Positions 28,424 through 36,870 of a stretch of 64,000 bases of DNA are shown in pieces. The stretch spans positions 71,597 to 135,596 of the forward strand of contig JAHHIK010000006.1 in NCBI GenBank assembly GCA_019358935.1, in the 5' to 3' direction. The notes beneath the pieces are model-generated. The model was not told the DNA's origin. It saw only the letters and a list, made by a program, of their open reading frames with translations, and did not search any database. How positions within the stretch are numbered: position 1 is the stretch's first letter; every line of letters starts with the position of its first letter. Origin of the DNA: Tolypothrix carrinoi HA7290-LM1. Its GTDB lineage: Bacteria > Cyanobacteriota > Cyanobacteriia > Cyanobacteriales > Nostocaceae. Both the position numbers and the translations under genes were made by a program.

Positions 28424-30241
28424 TCAAATCCTGGAGTGGCTCAAGAACTCCTTTTGATTAGTAAGCACTGAGTTAATAACATAAAGTCTAAAGAAAAGGG
28501 AGCGATAACCAGGATGTTTTGAATTCCACATTTTCCTAATCTGCTTTGATTGGAAAATATCAATAGACATAATAGGACTGTCGCTTCCCAAAAACGCTTC
28601 TACTCTCTCCTCAAACTCGCTAGTGAACCAAATCTCTGAAGGAGTCGGAAATCCACACTTGCGACGCATGGCTATCTGATCGGGAACCACTCCTTGCAGT
28701 GCTTTCTTCCAAATCCACTTTTCAACGCCATCTTTCACCTTGAGCATTGGGTTGAAATTAAAAGCTGAACAGGTAACACGAGTATCAGCAAATGGACTTC
28801 GGACTTCTACACTATGAGCCATACTTGTAATATCCATCTGGCGGTATTCATAAGCGCTACATCGACCATGATAATTCATTAGTTGAATTAACTGAATGAC
28901 GTTATCGACACTATCCCGATAAGGCACTAAGATATCTTCGTATTTTTGAATTAAATAATCCGCTATGTCTACATTAGATAAAACCCGATCAATTTTAACA
29001 TTATAAAGCCATTTTAATTGGTAATAGTAATATTCTTTTGTACAATTTAATGAACTACATCCTTCTAGTTGAGAAATAGCTAATCCCTGCTTGTAACCAT
29101 CGAAAATTTCATCAGGACCACTGCCACAAAAGATGACTTTGCATTCAGGCTGAATCACTTCAAAGAGTTTTACAAGGCATGGACTATCTGGAGCAGCCAT
29201 AGGTAATCCGCTAATCCGAATCCATTTGTCAAGACATCGCAAATACTCGGAACTGTTAATGGAAATTTCCCGATGAGTGGTTCGGTAGAGTTTGGCAGCG
29301 TATCGAGAATACTCAAACTCATCGAAGGTACTTGTCAAGCCCGGTAAATGTTGACCTATGAGCTTTTCAAAACCAATCGAGTAAGTCTTCAGGTCAATTC
29401 CTGCTCGATATGCTTGGGCAAGAATGGCAGTCGAATCTATGCCACCACTAAGAACAAGACCGACAGGAACTTCAAAGTTAAACATATCACAACATGCGTC
29501 ATGAACAACTTGTCTAATCTCTTGTGAAATATCCTCCACGTTAGTTCTTTGCTGATTGCCGATGGGAATTTTGTAATAAGCCTTCTTGGTAATTCTATCG
29601 GGAGAGATTTTGAGGTAGTACCCTGGCTGTAGCTGCTTAATTTCTTGAATATGAGTATCTTCACCAATAATAAAGCGATGTGCTACTACCTCAGCGATCG
29701 CCTGATAATTCAAGCTTTTGCAATAGCGACGATTCCAAATTATCGGATTAATCTCTGAGGAAAAAATGATAACATCACGCTCAATGAGGTAAAACAGAGG
29801 CTTTTGTCCAGCCGGATCTACCGCTAAGAAGAATGTATTATCTCTGCGATCATAAATACAAAAGGCAAACATTCCTTCAAAATGCTCTAAGCAGGCTGTC
29901 CCCCACTTTTCATAAGCTGCTAGGATTACTTCAGAATCAGAACCCGTTGTAAACTTTTGGTTGTTAAGCTTGGCTTTTAACTGCTCAAAATTATAAATCT
30001 CGCCATTGAAGACAAGCAGGAGTCCATTTTTGTCCTTTCGCATCGGCATATCTGCTTGCCGATTTGTTGCATCTGTAATAGCTAGTCTACAGCAACCCAA
30101 GATACCATTTCTTCCAGCTCTAGCTATACCTTCGGAATCCGGTTCGCGATGTCGAAGATCAACTAACATTTGTTCGACTTCACTTAGTTCATCTTCACCT
30201 AGAATCTTTGAGAAGTTAATAACACCTGTAAAACCACACAT
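28424..30241 (-). CDS. asnB: Asparagine synthetase (glutamine-hydrolysing)-family amidotransferase
   Basis: N-terminal MCG nucleophile, FNGEIYN, SDSEV, GMFAF, LSGGIDS, GSGPDEIFDGY, EVRSPF. Confidence 0.88.
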   Translation of the reverse strand: MCGFTGVINFSKILGEDELSEVEQMLVDLRHREPDSEGIARAGRNGILGCCRLAITDATNRQADMPMRKDKNGLLLVFNGEIYNFEQLKAKLNNQKFTTGSDSEVILAAYEKWGTACLEHFEGMFAFCIYDRRDNTFFLAVDPAGQKPLFYLIERDVIIFSSEINPIIWNRRYCKSLNYQAIAEVVAHRFIIGEDTHIQEIKQLQPGYYLKISPDRITKKAYYKIPIGNQQRTNVEDISQEIRQVVHDACCDMFNFEVPVGLVLSGGIDSTAILAQAYRAGIDLKTYSIGFEKLIGQHLPGLTSTFDEFEYSRYAAKLYRTTHREISINSSEYLRCLDKWIRISGLPMAAPDSPCLVKLFEVIQPECKVIFCGSGPDEIFDGYKQGLAISQLEGCSSLNCTKEYYYYQLKWLYNVKIDRVLSNVDIADYLIQKYEDILVPYRDSVDNVIQLIQLMNYHGRCSAYEYRQMDITSMAHSVEVRSPFADTRVTCSAFNFNPMLKVKDGVEKWIWKKALQGVVPDQIAMRRKCGFPTPSEIWFTSEFEERVEAFLGSDSPIMSIDIFQSKQIRKMWNSKHPGYRSLFFRLYVINSVLTNQKEFLSHSRI

Positions 30242-30286
30242 TTTTTTAATGATTTACTTTTGGGACTTTCTGAAGCACGACATTGA

Positions 30287-31030
30287 CTAACTGCTCAAAG
30301 AGATAAAACTTCCAAAAGCTGAACCTCTTTCTTCGTCCGAAGTTCTTCGCCTAGCTGAAAAGAAAATATCTTTACTACATGACGTGCAAAAATTAATATT
30401 TTCAATGTGATGTTCTAGAATTCCATTATTAATTAGCTCCTGGTAAACAATAAATTTTAAGTTTAAGAAATATTTATCGTCTCTTGTTTCTAAGTATTGC
30501 ATCTAATCTAAATTTTGCAAAAATCCAAACATATCTTCTTTGACTTCATAACAACAAACATTAATAAACGGAGCAATTCCAATAAGTATGTCTGACATAT
30601 TAGAATTAAAAACTTGATGAAAATGTTTTAGACAATTATTAATTATTCCTTGAGAAAGACCTTTGTAACCTGCATGAACAGCCCCTACAACTCTATTTTT
30701 TGGATCAAATAAAAGCAGAGGAACACAATCAGACGAATAAATAGCTAAAATATGATTGCTCACATTACTAATCAAAGCATCAACCCCAAGTTTAATAGAA
30801 CCTTCATCACCCTGCTTACAGACATGAACATCTTTTCCATGTACTTGTTCAGCAAAAATGATCCGATTTAGAACTTGAGCTTCTTGTTGAGGAATTTGTA
30901 AACCTTCAGCAATTCTTGAAATAAAATTATAAGCAGTAAAAGGATTTATCGACTGTGTTTTTTTAGTAGAAATAATATTGAAAATTTGATACTCATCAAA
31001 ATGAGAGAAAGAAAATTTATTTTTTAACAT
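30287..31030 (-). pseudogene. pgeF: PgeF/YfiH (laccase-domain, purine nucleoside phosphorylase-like) gene split by one in-frame TAG
   Basis: EQVHG, DAL, SDCVPLLL, AVHAG, CYEV in the 5' part; CT, FFSARR in the 3' part; TAG at 30503-30505 in the same frame. Confidence 0.8.
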
Positions 31031-31436
31031 TCACAACTCCAAATTTCTTTTTTGCCCAATATAATAAGTATTTCAATTGAATAAAATCAAGTTTTATGTC
31101 CTGACAATGAAATACTTTTAATCCCAATCATGTATAGATATGGATTTAACTTTGTTCATACAGCAGTCTAATCTATTTTTTGCATAATCTTTCTATTTTC
31201 TCATCTGTATAATAAAAATGCAACGACAGATAACTGGAGTTTAGACTAAAGACGAGCGATCGTGAGCAAAGCTTACCTAACTTACAGAGATAAAACTTAA
31301 ATATTTAGTAGCAACTTATACAAATATTCTCATAGTGAAAGTAAGCCAGGAAAAAAAGAGAGAAAAACGAGCAACCATGAGTGATGGTTTACGCACTCGC
31401 GGAGCGGATCTTGAAACAAAACCGTCCCTTATAGTC

Positions 31437-31611
31437 AAAACTATTAATATTAGATATATAGCAATCCTATATGAGTTGTGAGAATCGAGCATACAAGATC
31501 CCCGACTTCTTGGAGAAGTCGGGGATCTTGTTTCTCACGAATGATTTAGGAATGCTATATATTAACCCATAGTGAGTATGTATGTATGATGAAGAAAAAT
31601 GGAAAAAATGA
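31437..31611 (+). pseudogene. higB: HigB toxin C-terminal remnant
   Basis: Removing the MITE and 8 nt of a (TATG)3 expansion gives KTINIRYILTHSEYDEEKWKK*, matching the HigB C-terminal LTHxEYD motif; lies upstream of higA. Confidence 0.65.
31455..31561. mobile_element. MITE-like element with terminal inverted repeats and an internal perfect 18-bp hairpin
   Basis: tatatagcaatcctatatgagttgtgaga / tctcacgaatgatttaggaatgctatata; acaagatccccgacttct-tgg-agaagtcggggatcttgt. Confidence 0.8.
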
Positions 31612-31734
31612 TGCAGATTTGGTGGGTTCGTTGCTTTAATAGTGTTGCAAGACTAGCTTGATTCATCTAATCTAAAGACACCGTAATACGGTGTCTCTAG
31701 ATAAATTAAGATATTCCACCCCAAGGGGGTTGAT

Positions 31735-32136
31735 ATGACTAGCACATTGAATAGAGAAGAATACATTAGGCTGCTTGCCGAAACTCTGCCACGAGTCATT
31801 GATAGCGTTGAAGAGTACAAGCGTCTATTAAATGAAGTTGAAAAGCTCATGGATTTGGGTGAAAACCTGACAGCAGAACAAGTTGAAGTGTTGCAGCTGC
31901 TAGTAACAGTAATTGAGCAGTATGAAAAGAAACACTATCAATTGAAAGCTGCAACTCCCCATGATGTACTGCATGAATTGATGCTGGCACAAGGCTTAAA
32001 ACAAAAAGACTTACTGGAAATTTTTGGTTCGTCGGGATTTACTTCAGAAGTGATAAATGGAAAAAGAGGTATTAGCAAGAGTCAAGCTAAAGCACTAGGA
32101 GCTTTTTTTCATGTATCACCTGCGCTATTTTTGTAA
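31735..32136 (+). CDS. higA: HigA-type HTH antitoxin (orphan)
   Basis: LPRVIDSVEEY, EQYEKKHY, LKQKDL...SEVINGKRGISK. Confidence 0.88.
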   Translation: MTSTLNREEYIRLLAETLPRVIDSVEEYKRLLNEVEKLMDLGENLTAEQVEVLQLLVTVIEQYEKKHYQLKAATPHDVLHELMLAQGLKQKDLLEIFGSSGFTSEVINGKRGISKSQAKALGAFFHVSPALFL

Positions 32137-32147
32137 GTTAAAAAATA

Positions 32148-32174
32148 GGGGCAACTTTTTAATAAATTTGCCCC
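32148..32174. terminator. Hairpin between convergent higA and pcrA
   Basis: ggggcaa...ttgcccc with an A-tract on the left. Confidence 0.5.
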
Positions 32175-32190
32175 GATAAATTGAAACTAT

Positions 32191-35100
32191 CTACTCGACT
32201 CGTTGTAATTGCGCTACTCTGGGGTCGATTATTTTTTGACCGAGAGTGGTGAATTTAATTGCTACAGATATTTTATTACCTGAGCCGAAAACATGAGTGA
32301 TTTGACCGATGCCAAAACTTTTATGCAAGACACGATCGCCTACTTGCCAATTTTGTATGTTCTGTTGTTTTCCAGGTGACACAGAAGCATTTACAGAGGG
32401 ACTTTTGGTGAAACTTTGTTTAATCTCATGAGCGCTGGTGAGTAATTCTTCTGGTAATTCGTTGAGAAACTGCGATCGCACTGCTGGTTCTCGATTTCCA
32501 TAAAGACGACGTTCGCGAGCATGTGATAAATATAACCGCTCTTGTGCGCGAGTAATACCCACATAACACAAACGACGTTCTTCTTCTAAAGCTGTTGGAT
32601 TATCTAAAGAACGATAGTTAGGAAATAATCCTTGTTCTAACCCTACCAAAAAGACAACCGGAAACTCTAATCCTTTAGAAGAATGTAAAGTCATCAGAGA
32701 AACCGCTTTTTGTCCTTCTTTTAAGTTATCCAAATCCGAACTGAGAGAAGTACTTTCCAAAAAAGCACCTAAAGAAACATCTTCGTTTTCTTCTTCAAAT
32801 TGCAGCACTGCGTTATAAAGTTCTTTGACGTTTAGCAAGCGGTTGTCAGCTTCTTCTGTACCTTGATTTTGCAAATCTTGAACGTAACCAGAAGCTTCTA
32901 GCAATTTTTCTACAATCTCGGAAACGGGAACTGTGCTGACTTGTTCTTGCAACTTGCGAATCATTTGGGCAAAGTTATTTACAGCTTTCGCTGAACGTCC
33001 AGCTAATGTATTAACTGATGTATCGTCGATAAGTATTTCCCACAATGTTGTCCCTAATTGTTGAGCCGCGTTAGTCAAAGCGTCTATGGTGGCTTTACCA
33101 ATACCGCGTCGAGGAGTGTTAATAACTCGTAACAAACTTAGAGTATCCGATGGGTTTGCGATCGCCTTTAAATAACTTAATACATCTTTAATTTCTTTGC
33201 GATCGTAAAATTTCAATCCTCCGACAATTGTATAAGGTATTCCCGCTCGCACTAAAGCTTCTTCAAAAGGACGAGATTGAGCATTGGTGCGATAAAGTAT
33301 GGCAAAGTTACCCCAATTAACTTCGGGATTTTGCCTTTCTAAAGTGCGAATTTGATTAATTACAAATGCGGCTTCCGCGATTTCATCATCTGCTTTGTGA
33401 CAATAAATTTGTTCACCGACTCCCCGCGTCGGTTTGAGAATTTTATCAATTCGTTGGGTGTTATTTTCTATTAGTTGGTTCGCAGCTTCAAGAATATTTT
33501 CGCACGAACGATAATTTTCTTCTAATTTTACCATTGTGCGGGTATCTTCATCTGGCAAATTATCACCAAAGTCTTGCTGAAACTCTAATAAGATGGTAAA
33601 ATCAGCCATTCTAAAAGAGTAAATGGAGTTATGTACTAGAACTCCGTTGGCAACGTAGGTATGAGCAATGTCCACTTCTAAATCGTAAACTGCGCCTTCA
33701 TACTCTTGTTGAAACACTTCTTCTATTTCATGCTCTTCTAATTGTCCATCCACATCCACCAAGACTTTCATCCCTGAGTGTAAGTGAGAAAGAGGCATAA
33801 AATCATAAGTGACACCTTTTACCAATGCTCGGCGGCGAATTTCTAAAGCCTCGGCTTCAGCTATTTTATGAGCCATAGCAAGAGCTTCTTTGTAGGAAAT
33901 GGCAGTTTCTAGTCGATAACCTTGATGATTTTTACCGGAACGAATTGAGAAACCAGCCGCTTGCAAATTGCTAGCAATGTCACTACGATTAGAACACCAC
34001 TGTAAGCGATGATAGCTAGCAGACCTCTGACTCTCAAGCCTGGGTGTACCAAACATTACCAAATTTAGTGTCTGTCTTCTGTCACCATTTTGTGGACGAT
34101 AATGGGGAAATTCTGGATGCAACCACAAATCCTGCATCAAGCAATGAGCATTAGTGATGGTATCAATTTCTTGGAACAAACGAAAAAACCATTCATCACT
34201 CATGCGTAATTTACGACCATCACTATGAAAAACTATAGTTGGTAGACCATATTTAGCTGCATAGTAGGCTTCATAGTACCAAGCTTCTTCATAAGAAGAA
34301 GTTGTTTTAAGTACCCAGAGTTTGTCAGCATGTTCTTGTGTCGCTCGGATTCTAAAGCCCAAATCCTCTTTGCCATAATCGTTACTACGCAAACTTTTGG
34401 TCATTCCTACGCGATAACCTCTGTCCGCCCTGTACATTAAGTAAACATAGTAACGCCCAGCTTGTGGAACCATCCTCGCGAGGACAATGTGATGAGGAGT
34501 ACCTTTAAGTAAGTGTTTCCCTGCACGAACACACCAAAGAGAACCAGAAAAGTATCCCTTTTTGATGTGAGTAACTGTGCTTGGATAAAGTTGATGTTGA
34601 CCACTGGGTGCTAAAACTTGATCTCCTACCTTCAAAGTCTCAATTGGTACAGAACCTTCGCAAGTATTGATTTCAGTTCCTGGTGGAAGGCACTGATCTG
34701 CATCACCGACAACAAAAACCGAGCGATCGCCCCAATCCCATTCACTCTTATTATTTTCACCGTTCGTTACCAACAAGCGAATCAGGTCGTACTGAGTGCG
34801 GTTAGTATCTTGATATTCATCTACAAGGATATGGCGGAATTTCCGATGCCAATAACCTAATACTTGTTCGTTTTGCTGAAACAGTTTGACAGGAATTAAA
34901 ATCAAATCATCAAAATCAAGAGCGTTATTTTGTGCTAGCCTATCTTGATAGCAACTATAAACTTCCGCAACGACTCGTCCCCAATATTTAGGGTTCTCTG
35001 TTTCAAATTCTTGAGGTGATAAACCTTGATTTTTCGCGTTACTGATAGCGTAACGCACCGAACGCGGTTCAAATTTCTTATCATCTAAATTTAATTGCTT

Positions 35101-35592
35101 GGTGACGATTTCTTTGACAATGCTTTGAGAGTCAGAGTCATCAAAAATCGAGAAATTGCGATTCCAACGCCGTCCTTTTTCATCTTGATATTTTTCGATA
35201 TCAAAGCGAAGAATCCGAGAAAATAAACTGTGGAAAGTTCCACACCACAAGTCTTTGATATAAATGCGATAAACTTTTGACTTTAGTTGAATTTGTTGGT
35301 ATTCTGTCAACAAATCAAAACGCTCACCGTATTCTGACATCGCCAACTGTTCGGCAAAAAGCTTTTGAATCCGCTCTTTCATTTCCCGTGCGGCTTTGTT
35401 AGTGAAAGTAACCGCTAGGATATTTTCTGGATCGACACGGTGTTTAAGAATCAGATTAGCAATGCGATAAGTCAGCGCTCGTGTTTTACCCGAACCGGCG
35501 CCAGCAACAACTAGCAGCGGACCGCAAAAGTGTTCGACGGCTTGACGTTGGGATGGGTTCAGGTGGCTGAGGAAATCAATTGTTGTCGTCAT
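32191..35592 (-). CDS. pcrA: ATP-dependent DNA helicase PcrA/UvrD, intein-containing
   Basis: AGAGSGKT, TFTNKAA, VDEYQD, GDADQ/SIY, LEENYRS, TLHSSKGLEF, EERRLCYVGITRA; 778 aa after intein removal. Confidence 0.95.
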   Translation of the reverse strand: MTTTIDFLSHLNPSQRQAVEHFCGPLLVVAGAGSGKTRALTYRIANLILKHRVDPENILAVTFTNKAAREMKERIQKLFAEQLAMSEYGERFDLLTEYQQIQLKSKVYRIYIKDLWCGTFHSLFSRILRFDIEKYQDEKGRRWNRNFSIFDDSDSQSIVKEIVTKQLNLDDKKFEPRSVRYAISNAKNQGLSPQEFETENPKYWGRVVAEVYSCYQDRLAQNNALDFDDLILIPVKLFQQNEQVLGYWHRKFRHILVDEYQDTNRTQYDLIRLLVTNGENNKSEWDWGDRSVFVVGDADQCLPPGTEINTCEGSVPIETLKVGDQVLAPSGQHQLYPSTVTHIKKGYFSGSLWCVRAGKHLLKGTPHHIVLARMVPQAGRYYVYLMYRADRGYRVGMTKSLRSNDYGKEDLGFRIRATQEHADKLWVLKTTSSYEEAWYYEAYYAAKYGLPTIVFHSDGRKLRMSDEWFFRLFQEIDTITNAHCLMQDLWLHPEFPHYRPQNGDRRQTLNLVMFGTPRLESQRSASYHRLQWCSNRSDIASNLQAAGFSIRSGKNHQGYRLETAISYKEALAMAHKIAEAEALEIRRRALVKGVTYDFMPLSHLHSGMKVLVDVDGQLEEHEIEEVFQQEYEGAVYDLEVDIAHTYVANGVLVHNSIYSFRMADFTILLEFQQDFGDNLPDEDTRTMVKLEENYRSCENILEAANQLIENNTQRIDKILKPTRGVGEQIYCHKADDEIAEAAFVINQIRTLERQNPEVNWGNFAILYRTNAQSRPFEEALVRAGIPYTIVGGLKFYDRKEIKDVLSYLKAIANPSDTLSLLRVINTPRRGIGKATIDALTNAAQQLGTTLWEILIDDTSVNTLAGRSAKAVNNFAQMIRKLQEQVSTVPVSEIVEKLLEASGYVQDLQNQGTEEADNRLLNVKELYNAVLQFEEENEDVSLGAFLESTSLSSDLDNLKEGQKAVSLMTLHSSKGLEFPVVFLVGLEQGLFPNYRSLDNPTALEEERRLCYVGITRAQERLYLSHARERRLYGNREPAVRSQFLNELPEELLTSAHEIKQSFTKSPSVNASVSPGKQQNIQNWQVGDRVLHKSFGIGQITHVFGSGNKISVAIKFTTLGQKIIDPRVAQLQRVE
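33628..34692 (-). mobile_element. Intein (355 aa) in PcrA motif III
   Basis: GDADQ|CLPPGT...GTPHH (block B)...VYDLEV...TYVANGVLVHN|SIYSFR. Confidence 0.95.
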
Positions 35593-35783
35593 GGGTGTGA
35601 GGAGTGCGTATGACTAAGATACAAGTCGCAGCATCTCCCGCTTGAGAATCGCTGCTATACAATTGGTATTTTAGCAGCGTCTTCCGTCAGGTTTTTGCCC
35701 CTGCCGCAGGAGAGTGCTTCATGCGATCGCCACTTAGAATAACTTATGGGGTAGCAAAGAATGAATGCACTAAAATCAAAACT

Positions 35784-35934
35784 ATGAAACAATTAACCAG
35801 AATCACCCTTAATCTTTGAAGTTATGGGTGGAAAACCCTGCATTAGAGGGTTGCGAGTTACTGTTGGTACTATAGTCGGGCTGATGGCATCGGGGCATTC
35901 TCCAGCAGAAATTTTGCAGGCTTATCCCGATCGC
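35784..35934 (+). pseudogene. DUF433 family antitoxin remnant (frameshifted, truncated)
   Basis: MKQLTRITLN / frameshift / EVMGGKPCIRGLRVTVGTIVGLMASGHSPAEILQAYP, after which similarity stops at CGATCGC. Confidence 0.8.
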
Positions 35935-35997
35935 CTACCATACAACTAGACACATGCATCGGCTATATCATAATTTATGTAGAAGTAAGAGAAAGCT

Positions 35998-36249
35998 ATG
36001 CTGTCAGTCAAAGGCACATTTCAAAACGGTGTGATTCATCCAACCGAACCGATTGAAGGACGTGAGGGACAATCAGTTATTATTGTTTTTGTAGAAGACG
36101 ACAACACACCTCAACCTGCACCAAAAGAGAACTCAGATTGGCATAAGCTCAGACAGTTGATAAAAGATTCTCAGGTTGATACTGGTATTGACGATTTAGC
36201 ACATCAACATGACCATTATCTATATAAAACGCCGAAGCGAGAAGAATAA
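35998..36249 (+). CDS. DUF104/AF2212-like antitoxin (VapB-type)
   Basis: VKGTFQNGVIHPTEPI...EGQSVII; DLAHQHDHYLY tail; precedes a PIN toxin. Confidence 0.8.
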   Translation: MLSVKGTFQNGVIHPTEPIEGREGQSVIIVFVEDDNTPQPAPKENSDWHKLRQLIKDSQVDTGIDDLAHQHDHYLYKTPKREE

Positions 36250-36252
36250 ACC

Positions 36253-36660
36253 TTGACGAAAGTTTTTGTAGATACAGCTGCTTGGATTGCCCTTCTTAAT
36301 GTTAGGGATGCACTTCACCAACAGGCAAATGATGTCATGGACAAACTAGTGCGTCTGAAAACACCTTTGGTAACAACAGAATTTGTACTATTGGAGGTGG
36401 CTGACGCTTTGTCTACACCAGCAAGCCGCAGTCAGACACTTGCTTTCATCAACAGTTTGCGAGTTTTGGAAAGTTTGCAAATCGTCTCTGTCAGCCAAAA
36501 ATTGCTTGATGAAGGTTGGGCGTTTTACAGCCAGCGTCCTGATAAAGATTGGGGGTTAACTGACTGTATCAGTTTTGTAGTAATGACACAGGAGGGAATT
36601 ACTCAAGCTTTTACATCCGATCGCCATTTTCAGCAAGCAGGATTTGTCAAACTGTTGTAA
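36253..36660 (+). CDS. vapC: PIN-domain toxin (VapC family)
   Basis: VFVDTAAWIAL, LTDCISF, AFTSDRHFQQAGF. Confidence 0.9.
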   Translation: MTKVFVDTAAWIALLNVRDALHQQANDVMDKLVRLKTPLVTTEFVLLEVADALSTPASRSQTLAFINSLRVLESLQIVSVSQKLLDEGWAFYSQRPDKDWGLTDCISFVVMTQEGITQAFTSDRHFQQAGFVKLL

Positions 36661-36712
36661 ATAAAAGCTGAAGCGGCTAATTGTTTAGCAATGAGGGCAA
36701 AACTAAAGTCTT

Positions 36713-36740
36713 GTAGGGGCAATTCATGAATTGCCCCTAC
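36713..36740. repeat. GTAG-type REP-like palindrome
   Basis: gtaggggcaattcatgaattgcccctac is a perfect palindrome; related GTAG-type hairpins at 50545-50570 and about 43236-43266. Confidence 0.8.
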
Positions 36741-36870
36741 GTAAATTCAATTGGTGACGACATGAGCGCGTAAGTCCTATTGTTATTGAAAGGCTGGTGT
36801 AACGACGTTGCATAACCTTGTTAATTGTCAAATCCCAAGCGCCAATATGCAACATCGGTGCAACTAACAA

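Noticed and set aside
26519..30241. Lasso peptide cluster
   Set aside because: The AsnB homolog retains its glutaminase Cys domain, no B1/B2 genes are present, and the peptides lack a lasso leader/core pattern
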